Source of the DNA: Candidatus Eiseniibacteriota bacterium | GTDB lineage: Bacteria; Eisenbacteria; RBG-16-71-46 | DNA: 64,000 nucleotides | Reading direction: 5' to 3' | NCBI GenBank assembly: GCA_963776245.1 | Contig: CAVZLN010000007.1 | Location: forward strand, 1 to 64,000 | Shown: piece after piece, positions 31,733 to 43,000 of the stretch | Position numbering within the stretch: position 1 is the stretch's first letter | How the letters are laid out: each line of letters opens with the position of its first letter | The notes under the pieces: model-generated | Database searches by the model: none | Seen by the model: the letters and a program-made list of their open reading frames with translations, nothing else | Told to the model about the DNA's origin: nothing | Position numbers and translations under genes: made by a program

Positions 31733-33207
31733 TGGTCCGCCTGAACAAGCTGATGGCCGAGCGCGGCATCGGCGCGCGCCGGAAGTGCGACGAGCTGATC
31801 GAGGCCGGCGCGGTGCGGGTGAACGGCGAGGTGGTGGTCACGCTCGGGGTCAAGGTGGACCCGGACAAGGACCGCGTGATGGTCTCGGGCAAGCCGCTCC
31901 CCGGGCCCGTGCGCTCGCGCTACTTCGCGCTCTACAAGCCGGTCGGCGTCATCACCACGCTCGATGACCCGGAAGGCCGCCCGACCATCCGGCAGCTGCT
32001 GCCCCCCGGACTGCGGCTCTACCCGGTGGGCCGGCTCGACGCCGACACCAGCGGACTGCTGCTGGTGACCAACGATGGCGATCTCGCGCACCGGCTCATG
32101 CACCCGCGCTACGGCGTCGAGAAGCTCTACCGCGTGCTGGTGACTTCCCATCCGAATCCTTCCCAGGTCGCGCGCCTGTCGCGCGGCGTGATGTACGAGC
32201 CCGGGGTGCGCAGCGCCCCGGCGCGGGTGCGCGTGCGCGACAGGATCGCGCGCGGTCACGTGCTCGAGATCGCCATCCACGAGGGCCGCTACCGCCAGGT
32301 CCGCCGGATGTGCGAGGCCGTGGATCTCGAGGTCGTGGCGCTCCATCGCTGGGGCTACGGCCCGCTGCGCCTGGGCGAGCTCGAGCGCGGGATGTGGCGC
32401 GAGCTGTCCACCGAAGAGGTGCGCCTGCTGCGGATCGCGTGCTCCGGTCCCGGGACCGCGGCGGCGCCGCGCGAGCGCGCGGGACGGCCCCGCCGCGTGC
32501 TGGCGGGCGGCATCGGCTTCGCCGCGCTGCGGCGCGGCGAGCGGCCGGGGGCTGCGCGCGGTCCGGAGCCGTCGCGGCCCGCGGTCGGGCCCCGGCGTCC
32601 GCAGCCAGGTGCAGAGGTTCGACGACCCGAGCGCGCCGTGCGCCCGACCGCGAGCCCGGGAGCGCGGCGTCCGCGTCCCGAGCGCGGCGCGGTGCGCCCG
32701 GCCGGGCGCGATGCCGGCAGGCCGGCGCGGGCACCGGGTCGCGCGGCCCGTCCGGGCCCCTCCGAACGCGCGCGTCCGCGCTTCCGAGATGACGCGCGGC
32801 CGGCACGGCCGGCGCGCGCCGGTGGAGTTCGGCCGGAGACCTTGCGCGGGCACGGCTCCGCTCGGCCGGCACGCGGCGGGGGAGCCCCGGCCGAGACGTC
32901 CCGTCCCCGCGACGACGCGCGACCGGCGCGGGCCCGGCGTCCGGAGGCTCCCGAGAGCCGCGCGCCGAAGCGGCAGGGCGGCAGGCCGCGCCCCATCGAC
33001 TGGCGCCACGGCGGCAGTCCGATGAGCCCCGAGCCGCCGGCGCGACGCGCCAGCCGGCAGCGTCCGGGCACGGGTCGAAACCCTCGGCCGCGTGGGGGTG
33101 AAAGCGCAGGTCCGGGTGCCTCGCCGCGCGGTGCGCGCGCCGCGGCTCGCCGTGGCCCCGGCCGGGGAGCTTCTCGGCAAGGTGGAGGCGGACGCCCAAG
33201 GCGTTGA
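31732..33207 (+). CDS. rluB: RluB/RsuA-family pseudouridine synthase with a long Arg/Pro-rich tail
   Basis: S4 domain RLNKLMA, YPVGRLDADTSGLLL and EGRYRQVRRM. Confidence 0.9.
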   Translation: MVRLNKLMAERGIGARRKCDELIEAGAVRVNGEVVVTLGVKVDPDKDRVMVSGKPLPGPVRSRYFALYKPVGVITTLDDPEGRPTIRQLLPPGLRLYPVGRLDADTSGLLLVTNDGDLAHRLMHPRYGVEKLYRVLVTSHPNPSQVARLSRGVMYEPGVRSAPARVRVRDRIARGHVLEIAIHEGRYRQVRRMCEAVDLEVVALHRWGYGPLRLGELERGMWRELSTEEVRLLRIACSGPGTAAAPRERAGRPRRVLAGGIGFAALRRGERPGAARGPEPSRPAVGPRRPQPGAEVRRPERAVRPTASPGARRPRPERGAVRPAGRDAGRPARAPGRAARPGPSERARPRFRDDARPARPARAGGVRPETLRGHGSARPARGGGAPAETSRPRDDARPARARRPEAPESRAPKRQGGRPRPIDWRHGGSPMSPEPPARRASRQRPGTGRNPRPRGGESAGPGASPRGARAAARRGPGRGASRQGGGGRPRR

Positions 33208-33426
33208 AGGGTAGGGGATTCGAGCGACGGCCTCGCGTGTCAGGACAGACGAGCGGGGCCGTCGTCATTTGCGGCCCGCCGCGGAACGGATCGTGCGCTG
33301 GCGTAGGAGTGTCATCTCTCTCGCCCGGGCCGGGTGGGGGCCCTCCTGGCCCCCCCGGCTGCTCCACCCATCCCGCACGGAGGCGACCAACGCGGTGTCC
33401 GCGCCCCGGCGCCGCAGGAGCGATCC

Positions 33427-33999
33427 GTGCAGCTCGATCGAATCCCGCCGCGGCGGCCGGTCGCCGACGAAGTTCCGGGAACACCGCTCCCCCCCGGCGG
33501 GGTATCCGCGCTAGACCTTCGCGGGGAAGGGATCGCGGTGCCGGCGAGACGGCGCGCGCGCCCGCGGTCGTGGCTGTTGCTGGCGCTCACCCTGGCGAGC
33601 CTGCTGGGGCAGGGGGAGCGGTTCGACGTCGACCGTCGATTCCGGTCGCCCAGCGCGACCCTCACGACCTACTGGGACGCGCTGCGCCGCGGGGATGCCG
33701 AGACCGCGTGGCAGTGCCTGACCGAGGTGCGTCACGATTCTCCGTTCCCCGGCATGCTGTGGTTCCTGCCCGAGACCGACGCGTTCCGTCTCGATGGGTT
33801 CCGCTCGCTCCCGGTGACCGCGGGCCGCGTCATGGTGACGTACGATGTGTGCTTCCGGCCGGTGGGGCAGAGCGTCGAGCAGACGTTCCCCTCCGGGAAT
33901 GAACTGGTGCGCGTGCATGGGGAGTGGCGCATCGCGCGGAGCATCGGACAGGTCTCGATGCCGGAGTGGCGACCGACCCCGCGTTCGGTTGACATCTGA
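33427..33999 (+). CDS. Hypothetical protein with a hydrophobic anchor
   Basis: AGGAG RBS and GTG start. Protein-like C-terminus SPSATLTTYWDAL...LVRVHGEWRI. Confidence 0.55.
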   Translation: MQLDRIPPRRPVADEVPGTPLPPGGVSALDLRGEGIAVPARRRARPRSWLLLALTLASLLGQGERFDVDRRFRSPSATLTTYWDALRRGDAETAWQCLTEVRHDSPFPGMLWFLPETDAFRLDGFRSLPVTAGRVMVTYDVCFRPVGQSVEQTFPSGNELVRVHGEWRIARSIGQVSMPEWRPTPRSVDI

Positions 34000-34018
34000 T
34001 CGAAGCGGCTCGTAGGCT
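33989..34018 (+). promoter_or_regulatory. Sigma70-type promoter for the PorV-like gene
   Basis: TTGACA-N18-TAGGCT. Confidence 0.5.
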
Positions 34019-34058
34019 GCGCGCTTCGGTCACCCTTCGGTACGACCCCGAGGAGTCC

Positions 34059-35174
34059 ATGTCGCGCATCCGCACGCTGATCCTGGCCGCCGCCACCGCG
34101 CTCCTGGTGGCCGCGCCGGCATCCGCCACCAAGTATGCCGCCGAGTTCCTCAAGCTCCCGGTGGGAGCGCGCGCCATCGGCATGGGTGGCGCGTTCAGCG
34201 CGATCTGCGACGACGCCTCGGCCTCGCACTGGAATCCCGCCGGGGTGATCTACCTGCCCTACCGCGAGGTGTTGTTCCAGCACGCCGAGGAGTTCGGCGG
34301 CCTCGCCAATCACGACTACCTCGCGGGCGTGCTCCCGCTCGGCGGCGAAAAGGGCCACGAGCAGGCGCTGGGCGTGTCGCTGGTGCGATTCGCGGTGGAC
34401 GACATCCCGATCACCCCGCGTCCGGGCGGACTCGTGCCGGGGGTCGACTTCTACGACTACGGCGTGGATGGGGACGACCGCACGATGGACCAGGGCCAGG
34501 GCAACGGCATCTGGGACCCGGGCGAGCGCCTGCTGCTGACCGCGGCGGACCTCTACCTCGCGAGCAGCGCCGACATGGCGCTCACCCTCACGTATGCCCG
34601 TCACCGCGGCACGCGCTGGGCGTTCGGGGGCAACTTCAAGTTCGTGCGCCAGAGCATCCCCGACACGCTGCCGGGCGAACACGTGACCTCCTTCGGGGCG
34701 GGGATCGACGCCGGGCTGCTCTACATGCCGACCGATGCCGTGACCCTCGGCGTGGTGGTGCGCGACCTCACCACCACGTACCTCGCGTGGAGCAACGGCA
34801 CGCGCGAGAAGATCTGGCCCACGCTCACCACCGGCGCGTCATTCCAGTTCCAGCCCGCCGAGCGCCACGCGCTGACCTGGGCGGTGGACCTCGGCTGGAT
34901 GTTCGAGGACCGCACCTTCGACAGCCAGCTCAAGCTCGGAGGGGTCACCGCGGACCTGCGCACCGGCATCGAGTACTGGTACCGCAACACGCTGGCGCTG
35001 CGCAGCGGCGTGAACGGCAAGGACCTCGCCTTCGGCGCGGGCGTGCGCTACAAGCAGGTCGGCGTGGACTACGCGGCGTCGCTGAACCGGTTCTTCGCGG
35101 CCGACGATCCGAACTACCCCTCGGACACCGACCTCAACGTCACCCACCTGGTCTCGCTCGGCGTGAACTGGTAG
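34059..35174 (+). CDS. PorV/PorQ-like (FadL-type) outer membrane barrel protein
   Basis: Signal peptide, KYAAEFLKLPVGARAIGMGGAF, WNPAG and terminal HLVSLGVNW. Confidence 0.8.
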   Translation: MSRIRTLILAAATALLVAAPASATKYAAEFLKLPVGARAIGMGGAFSAICDDASASHWNPAGVIYLPYREVLFQHAEEFGGLANHDYLAGVLPLGGEKGHEQALGVSLVRFAVDDIPITPRPGGLVPGVDFYDYGVDGDDRTMDQGQGNGIWDPGERLLLTAADLYLASSADMALTLTYARHRGTRWAFGGNFKFVRQSIPDTLPGEHVTSFGAGIDAGLLYMPTDAVTLGVVVRDLTTTYLAWSNGTREKIWPTLTTGASFQFQPAERHALTWAVDLGWMFEDRTFDSQLKLGGVTADLRTGIEYWYRNTLALRSGVNGKDLAFGAGVRYKQVGVDYAASLNRFFAADDPNYPSDTDLNVTHLVSLGVNW

Positions 35175-35195
35175 CGCGCCGCGCGCTCCACAGGC

Positions 35196-35224
35196 TTGAC
35201 ACTCCGCCGCACGCTCCCTAGTGT
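35196..35224 (+). promoter_or_regulatory. Sigma70-type promoter of the glg pair
   Basis: TTGACA-N17-TAGTGT. Confidence 0.65.
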
Positions 35225-35283
35225 GCGGCGTCTTCATTTCTCCGTCGTTCGATGGCGCTCCGACGTTCCCGCGGGAGAGTGGC

Positions 35284-36544
35284 GTGCGTCAGACTCTGGC
35301 CCTGGTCCTGTCCGGCGGCGGTGGCGAACGCATGAGCGTGCTGTCCGCCGAGCGCGCCGTGGCCGCGCTTCCCGTTCGGCGGCAAGTACCGGGTCATCGA
35401 CTTCACGCTCAGCAACTGCTGCCACTCGGGCGTGGGGCGCGTCGGAGTGGTCACGCAGCACGCGCCCACCTCGCTCCACGATCACATCGGCGCGGGCCGC
35501 CCCTGGGACCTGGACCGCCGTGGCGGCGGCGTGGTCATCCTGCAGCCCTACCTCACGCGCAGCCACGCGGGCTGGTATCGCGGCACCGCGGACGCCATCA
35601 GCCAGAACTGGGACGTCATCGAGGACCACGTCCCGCCGCGCGTCCTCGTGCTCTCGGGCGATCACGTCTACCGCATGGACTACCGCGGGCTCATGCTCAC
35701 CCATCAGCAGGAGCGGGCCGCCGTCACCATCGCGGTGACGCGCGTGCCGCCCGAGCAGTCGCGCCGCTTCGGGATGGCCACGGTCAGCCGGGACGGCCGC
35801 ATCACGGCGCTCGATGAGAAGCCCGAGCGTGCCGACACGCCGCTCGCCTCGATGGGGATCTACCTGTTCGAGACCGACGTGCTGGGCGAGATGGTGGTGG
35901 ACCGGCCGGTCGACATGGTGCTCGACGTCATCCGCCCGCTGCTGGCACAGGGCCGGCGCGTGGTGGCGCACGAGTTCAAGGGCTACTGGGAGGACGTGGG
36001 CACGGTGCGCGCCTTCTACCGCTCGAACCTCGAGCTGCTGGCGGCCGAGCCGCGGCTGGTGCTGCACGACACGCGCTGGCCGATCCTGACGCGCGACGAG
36101 GAGCGCGCGCCGGTGCTGATGCGCGACGGCGCCCACGTCGAGAACAGCCTGGTCGCCAACGGCGCGCGCGTCGCCGGGCTGGTGCGCAACTCGGTGATCT
36201 CGCCCGGCGTCATCGTCAAGGCGGGCGCCGAGGTCGTGGATTCCATCCTGATGTCCGACGTCAGCATCGAGCCGGGCGCGCGCGTGGAGCGCGCGATCAT
36301 CGACAAGTACGCGACCGTCGGCGAGGGCGCCTGGGTGGGCGGTCCCCCGGCGTGCGCCGACGCGGAGCTCGCGTGGCTCGACGACCTGGTGCTGGTGGGC
36401 AAGGACGCCGACCTGCCGGCGGGCACCCGCGTCCACGCGCCGTCGGTGGTCGGCATCGGCACGCGCGCGGGGGACATCCCCGCGGCGACGCTCCCCGCCG
36501 GCACGCTGCTCGGGAACCGCGCCTGGTACGAGGAGCGTCCGTGA
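35284..36544 (+). CDS. Glucose-1-phosphate adenylyltransferase paralog, GlgD-like (frameshift near 35370)
   Basis: VLSGGGGER, FGGKYRVIDF, WYRGTADA, LSGDHVYRMDY and a beta-helix C-terminus. Confidence 0.85.
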
Positions 36545-37818
36545 GATCGTCGCGCTACGCGTTCATCCTCGCGGGCGGCATGGGCACGCGCCTGTGCCTG
36601 CTCTCGGAGCGGCGCGCGAAGCCCGCGGTGCCGTTCGGCGGCAAGTACCGCATCATCGACTTCACGCTCTCGAACTGCGTCAACTCCGGGCTCTACGACA
36701 TCGGCGTGCTGACGCAGTACCGGCCGACCTCGCTCAACCAGCACATCGGCGCCGGCCGACCGTGGGACCTCGACCGCTCGCACGGCGGGGTGCAGATCCT
36801 GCAGCCCGCGCTCGGCTCGGTCCAGACCGACTGGTACCAGGGCACCGCCGACGCGATCTACCGCAACCTGCTCCACCTGCGCCGGCGGCGCTGCGATCAG
36901 GTGCTGGTGCTCTCCGGCGACCACGTCTACAAGATGGACTACAACGTGCTGTTCGCGTTCCATCAGGCGAACCGCGCGTCGATGACGGTCGCGGTCACCG
37001 AGGTGCCCGAGGACATGGTCTCGGAGTTCGGCATCCTCGAGACCGACAAGGGCGGCCGGGTGACGGCGTTCAAGGAGAAGCCGCGCCACGCGACCTCGCG
37101 GCTGGCCTCGATGGGGGTGTACCTGTTCGACCGCGAGATGCTGATGCGGTGGCTCATCGAGGACGCCGCGCTGATCGACTCGTCGCACGACTTCGGCAAG
37201 GACCTGCTGCCGCGGCTGGTCGAGCGCGGGGACGGGGTGTACGCGTACCGGTTCCCGTCCTACTGGCAGGACGTGGGCACGCTGGACTCGTACTACGAGT
37301 CCAACATGGCGTTCCTGTCCGAGAACCCGCCGCTCAACCTGAGCGACCCGGAGTGGGTGATCCACACCCAGAGCGCCGACCGGCCGCCGGTGCGCTTCGA
37401 TCACGGCGCGCGCATCGGGCGCAGCCTGATCGCGAACGGCTGCCGCATCGGCGGGGAGGTGGTGCGCTCGGTGCTGTTCCCGGGCGTGACGGTCGCGCCG
37501 GGCGCGGTGGTGCACGACAGCATCGTCATGCACGACACCTTGATCGGGCGCGGCTCGATGCTGGACCGCGTCATCATCGACAAGGGCGTGCGCATCGGCG
37601 ACGGCGTGCGTCTCGGGGTCGGCGGCGAGACCATCGCGAACCGCGCCTGTCCGGATCACCTGTCGAGCGGGCTCACGCTGGTGGGGAAGAGCACCGTGCT
37701 GCCGGAGGGACTGACGATCGGCCGCAACGTGCGCATCGGCGCCCACGTGTCGCGCGAGGACTTCACCGCCGACGTGCCCTCGGGCGGCGTGGTGGACGGC
37801 CCCGAGTCGATGCACTGA
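36541..37818 (+). CDS. glgC: Glucose-1-phosphate adenylyltransferase
   Basis: [32 protein letters not shown] and DFGKD. Confidence 0.95.
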   Translation: MRSSRYAFILAGGMGTRLCLLSERRAKPAVPFGGKYRIIDFTLSNCVNSGLYDIGVLTQYRPTSLNQHIGAGRPWDLDRSHGGVQILQPALGSVQTDWYQGTADAIYRNLLHLRRRRCDQVLVLSGDHVYKMDYNVLFAFHQANRASMTVAVTEVPEDMVSEFGILETDKGGRVTAFKEKPRHATSRLASMGVYLFDREMLMRWLIEDAALIDSSHDFGKDLLPRLVERGDGVYAYRFPSYWQDVGTLDSYYESNMAFLSENPPLNLSDPEWVIHTQSADRPPVRFDHGARIGRSLIANGCRIGGEVVRSVLFPGVTVAPGAVVHDSIVMHDTLIGRGSMLDRVIIDKGVRIGDGVRLGVGGETIANRACPDHLSSGLTLVGKSTVLPEGLTIGRNVRIGAHVSREDFTADVPSGGVVDGPESMH

Positions 37819-37884
37819 CGCGCGCGGCGGGCGAAGCCAGCGGCCCGGTCTCCGTCGGGAGGCCGGGCCGCTCCGCGCAGGAGG

Positions 37885-39723
37885 TCAGGCCGGCAGGCGC
37901 AGTCGCTGCCCGGCACGCACGCGGTCGGAGCGCAGGCCATTGAGCTGCTGGATGGCGCGTACCGACGTGCCATGCTCGCGCGCGATCGCGCCCAGCGTCT
38001 GCCCGGCGCGCACCACGTGCACCCCGCGGCCCGCGGCCGAGTGGCGCGAGCGCGCGGCCGGCACGCGCATTCCGGCGATCTTCGCGCTGTCGGCCGAGGC
38101 GTCGGCGAGCGCCGCGTCGCCGGTGCGGATCTTCAGCCGCGTGCCGCGGTGCACGGTCGTGGTGGAGAGCCGGTTCCAGCGCCGGATGTCCTCGACCGAG
38201 ACGCCGTGGCGCTCGGCGATCGAGGCCAGGGTCTCGCCCCTGCGCACGGTGATGGTGGTGCGCCCCTCGGCGGTCGACTCGGCGTCGAGCGAGGTGGGCG
38301 GGCGGATGGCGCGCGCCGGGACGTAGGCGGTCGACGCGCGCGGGTCCTCGCCCTCGAGGATGGCGGGCGCGGGCGCGCCCAGCGAGGCGGGGACCTGGAG
38401 CGTCATGCCGCGCTGAAGCGGCCGCTTGCGGCCGATGCCGTTGGCGAGCGCGAGCTGTCGCGCGCTGACGCCGTACTGGCGTCCGATGCTGGCGAGCGTC
38501 TCGCCGCGTCGCACCTTGTGCGACAGCTTGAGGTCCACGGCGGGCAGCGCCGCGCCCTCGCGCAGACGCGCGAGCAGCGCCTCGCCCTTGCCCGGCGGCA
38601 CGCGCAGCACGGTCATGCCGTCGCGGCCGCGCGCGGCGTGGCTGAGCACCGCGGGATTGAGGTCGCGCAGTTCCTCGTAGGCGCACTCGGTGAGCCGCGC
38701 GAGCGCGCGCAGGTCCACCGCGCCCTTGAGCGCGATCTCGTCGAACTCGAGCGGGTCGTCGAGCGCCACGTCGTCGAAGCCGTACTTCTTGGGGTCGCGC
38801 GAGATCGCGAGCACCGCCATGAACTGCGGCACGTACTCCTCGGTCTGCCGGGGCAGGCGCAGGTCCCAGTAGTTGGTGGTGCCCTGGCGCTTGATGGCCC
38901 GCAGCACGGTGCCCTCGCCGGCGTTGTAGGACGCCAGTGCCAGCGGCCAGTCGCCGAAGATCGAGTGCAGATGCTTCAGGTAGCGGGCCGCGGCCACGGT
39001 GGACTTCTCGGGGTCCTTGCGTTCGTCCACCCAGCGGTCGACGGTGAGACCGAACAGCCGCGCGGTGCCGGTCAGGAACTGCCACGGACCGACCGCCGCC
39101 GAGATCGAGCGCGCGTTGACGTTGAAGCCGCTCTCGACGAACACGAGGTGGACCAGGTCGGGCGGCAGCCCTTCCTGGCGGAGCACGTCGCGGAACAGGG
39201 ACATGTAGCGCCCGGAGCGCTTGAGCCAGCGCTCGAACGTCGAGCGGCCCGCGCCGGTGAAGAAGTCGATGTAACGGTAGACGTCATCGTTGAGCTGGGA
39301 CGGGATCTCCTCGATCGCGGGAGCGTTGAGCACGCTCTCATCGGGCTCGTTGCCGGTGACCCGCGCGGCGCTGGCCGAATGCGCGTCCCGCTGGGCGGCG
39401 TCCCGCAGCGCGGCGAGGCTCGACTGGAGGTCGACCAACTCGCGGCGCAGCCCGGCGTCGGGGTCGCCGGCGAGGGCCATGCCGAGCCGGACGAGCCCGC
39501 TGTCCGCGGTCGCGACCGCCAGCGGGTACGCTCCGGCCTGTCGCTGGCTCCACGTCTTCTCGTAGGCGGCCCGGGCCGCGGCGATCGGCGCGGGCAGCAG
39601 GGCGGACGCCGAGTCCACGGACGCCACGGCCGACCCCGGAGCCTGCTGGGCCCTGGAGTTGGCGGCGGCGTTCATGAGGACGACGGCGACCGCAAGGGCC
39701 GCCAGGATGGGGCGGAGAGCCAC
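37885..39723 (-). CDS. mltD: MltD-like lytic transglycosylase with three LysM domains
   Basis: VESGFN, GPWQF and ASYNAGEG, followed by three LysM repeats. Confidence 0.9.
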   Translation of the reverse strand: MALRPILAALAVAVVLMNAAANSRAQQAPGSAVASVDSASALLPAPIAAARAAYEKTWSQRQAGAYPLAVATADSGLVRLGMALAGDPDAGLRRELVDLQSSLAALRDAAQRDAHSASAARVTGNEPDESVLNAPAIEEIPSQLNDDVYRYIDFFTGAGRSTFERWLKRSGRYMSLFRDVLRQEGLPPDLVHLVFVESGFNVNARSISAAVGPWQFLTGTARLFGLTVDRWVDERKDPEKSTVAAARYLKHLHSIFGDWPLALASYNAGEGTVLRAIKRQGTTNYWDLRLPRQTEEYVPQFMAVLAISRDPKKYGFDDVALDDPLEFDEIALKGAVDLRALARLTECAYEELRDLNPAVLSHAARGRDGMTVLRVPPGKGEALLARLREGAALPAVDLKLSHKVRRGETLASIGRQYGVSARQLALANGIGRKRPLQRGMTLQVPASLGAPAPAILEGEDPRASTAYVPARAIRPPTSLDAESTAEGRTTITVRRGETLASIAERHGVSVEDIRRWNRLSTTTVHRGTRLKIRTGDAALADASADSAKIAGMRVPAARSRHSAAGRGVHVVRAGQTLGAIAREHGTSVRAIQQLNGLRSDRVRAGQRLRLPA

Positions 39724-39918
39724 GGATGTACCTCCCGAGGTCGGATAGCCCTGCCTGGGGCGTCAGCGAGCCGGGCGAACCTACCCGGGCGGCATGCAAG
39801 ATGCAAACACACATGTCGATACTGCCCGGTCCCGCGTCCCCGAGGTCCACGGACCTCGATGCCCGCACTTCCGGACCCTTGGTGAACCGCAAGTCCTGTG
39901 CCACAACTCCGCGAATCA

Positions 39919-39947
39919 TTGACACTTGCGGGGGCATTGGATAGCGT
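39919..39947 (+). promoter_or_regulatory. Sigma70-type promoter for the PEGA-domain gene
   Basis: TTGACA-N17-TAGCGT. Confidence 0.6.
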
Positions 39948-40009
39948 GCGCCCGACCGCGTCATGGATCGCTTCCACGTGGGAGAACCCGAGGAAGGAGC
40001 TCCACTGAG

Positions 40010-43000
40010 ATGAACCAGGCCCTCGCCGCCGCCACCCAATGGATGGTTTCTGCTCGCGCGGACGGCGAAATCCTCACCGCCGGGGCAGGCTCGGATGGGC
40101 TGGAGTTCTGCGTCGTCGGGTTCCCCGACCGATTCACCCCCGAGGAGATCGCTGGCTGGGTGAACGATCTGACCGGCGTCGCCCGCGAGACCGCCACCGG
40201 CGACACCCGCGCCCGCACCATCCCCCCGCTGCTCCATCACGCGCTCACCGGCCTGCTGTTTTCTCACGCCGAGCTGTGGGAGAGCGACGGGATCACCCGT
40301 CCGTGTTCCGCGGCGTTCGTGGTCGCGGACGGGCGGGTGGCTTTCGGCTGGGTGGGGGAGGCGCTGTCCGAGGTGTGGGTGGACGACGGGCCGCTGGAGG
40401 ACGTCTACACCCGCGTGCGTGACGACGAGGGCCGGGAGGCGCTGGGCATCGCCTTCGACCCCGGCTGTCGCGTGCGCGTCCGCCTGACGTGGACCGCGCT
40501 GCCCGGGGCCACGCACGCGCCCTCCGCGGTGATCGAGGCGGAGTGGGCGGGCGCCACGCCGGCCTTCGAAGCGCGGGTGACGGGCGCGCCGGTCGCGGCG
40601 CGCGCCGATTCTGCGGGCGAGGAGGTCGAGATCGTATCGGTGGTCGCGCGCTCGACCGCGCCCGAGGCTCAGGCCCGGCAGGACGTGGAGCACGCCGCCG
40701 CGGCGGAGCCGGAGTTCGCCGGCTCGACCGCCGCCGAGCCTGCCGCGTCGAGCCCGAGCGTGGAGATGGCGCCCTCCGACATGGCTCCCGCGTCGCGCGT
40801 GGTGGAGGAGGCCACCGCCGCGATCGAGCTGCCCGGCACGGCGCGCGCGAAGCGCGGTCTGCTCGGCCGCATCTCCTCGTGGCTGCGGCGCCCGAAGGTC
40901 GCGGGCTCCGCGGGCGAGGCCGCCGAGCCCGGCGAGCCACCGCATGACGCGTCGCCGGTGCGCTCCGCGGCGGCCGCTCCCGACATCGCGGAGGCGGAGG
41001 CGCGGGTGCCCGATCCGGCCGCCCATCCGAGCACTCCCCGGCTCGAGCCCGCGACCGGGACCCACGAGGACCTGTTCCCGGTCTCGCCGGCGCCGCCCGC
41101 GCTCGCGCGTCTCGACGTCGAGATCGAGGACCCGCACGTGCGCGTGCTCGGTCCGGTCGCCGCCGACCGCACGCCGCCGCTGCTGCACGTGCCGCGCTTC
41201 GAGGATCCCACCGTGGCCGGCCCGCCACGACTGCGCGTGGTCCGCGTCGGCGAGGAGTCGGGTGAATGGGACGCCTCGCCCCCATCGCCGGGTGTCCCGG
41301 CGCCGGCAGCGAGGGGACCGGTCGCGATCCCCGTCGCGCCGGCGCCCGGTCGCGCGCCGGTCCACGATCCGAGCACGCCCGCGCCGGGGCCCGGGCCCAT
41401 CCCTGCGGCTCCGGCCGCCGATTGGGAGCCGCCACCCTCGATGATCGCCGACCCGCTCGCGGATTCGTTCGAGGAGGAGGCGCTCGCCGCCGCGCTCGCC
41501 GCGCTCGCGGCCGAGGTGCAGTCCGACGCCCCGCCGCCGGCGGTCGAAGACGCGATGCCGGCCGCCGCGGTGCCGCCGGCCGCCCCGGCCGCGCTCCCGT
41601 CTTCGCAGTCGATGCGTGCGGCGCTGAGCGCGCGCGCCCTCGCACGCAGCGCGCCGGTCCCCGAAGCGCGCGCCGAGGCCGGCCCGCTGGTCGTGCAGCC
41701 GCCGCCGAGCGCGGAGCCCATTCCCGTCACGGTCGTGCGCGCGCGCGAAGAAGCGCAGGACACGCCCGTGCCCCCGCCCGCGGAAGCGCCGAACGCGCCG
41801 GCGGCCGAGAGCCCGCCGAGCCGCGTCCCGCTGCGCCCGGAGTGGCCGAGTGCGGCGCAGCAGATGGCGTCGGTGCCGGTGTGGAAGAAGCCCTGGACGT
41901 GGGTCGCCGTGGTGGTGGCGCTGTTCCTCGGTGGGTGGATCGTGGGTGGTCTGCAGCGCGACCCGGGACAGGCGCCACGCCGCAGTCCGCTCGCCGCGCT
42001 GGTGCGCGGACTGGGACTCGGCGGCGCGCGCTTCGACGTGATGGTGAACAGCCGCCCGTCGGGTGCCTGGATCGCGGTGGATGGCAAGGACCTCGCCCGC
42101 CGCACGCCGGCGTCGATCGACCTGCCCCCGGGCGAACACGCGATCACGCTCTCGATCACCGAACTGGGGAGCGCGACCTTCAAGGTGCGCGGGGAGCGCG
42201 GCGAACGGGTGGCGCTCGACGCGCCGCTGTGGGGCACCATCGACGTGTACGCCGCGAACGGCGCTCCGCCGGTGACGGTGACCTTCGACGGCCGCGACGT
42301 GGGCTTCGCGCCGGTGAGCCTGGACAGCGTGCAGCCGGGGGCGCACGACCTGCGCTTCTCGGGCCCGGGCATGCCGGCGTGGGGCCAGCCGGTCGAGCTC
42401 CACGTGGGCCAGCGCGCCGAGGTGGTCGCGCGGCCCATGACCTCGCCCGCCACCGGGATGCTCGAGGTGCGAGCGAGCATCACCGACGATCAGGGCACGC
42501 GCGCGCTGGCGGGCGCCGCGGTGTTCGTGGATGGCGAACCGAGCGGCAGCACACCGCTCACGCTCGAGCTTCCGCGGGGGCCTCACAGCGTGCGCATCAC
42601 GTACCGCGACCAGACCGCCCCGGTGCAGGTGATCGACCTGCCGGGAGGCAATCAGCGCTTCGCCCAGTTCGAGCTCGCCCTCGGGGTCGATCGGCCGCAT
42701 CTGGTGGCGCTCGAGAGCCCGACGCGGTTCGCCGCGGGAGGCACCGGCGTGGTGTCGGCCGGCCTCGACGGCGTGAGCGCGAACGACGTGCGCGAGATGT
42801 GGCTCCACGTGCGCACGCCCGAGGGCGCGTGGCGGCGCTACCAGATGGCGATGCTCAAGTCGCCCACCGGGGTGGTGGGGGTGGTGGTCTTCCCGAGCAA
42901 TCTGTTCACGCCCGGCACCCGGGCGCGCTGGTACGCGAGCGCCACGGTGTCCACCGGCGACGAGTACTTCACCGAGATCGGCAACGCCGATATCGGCGAG

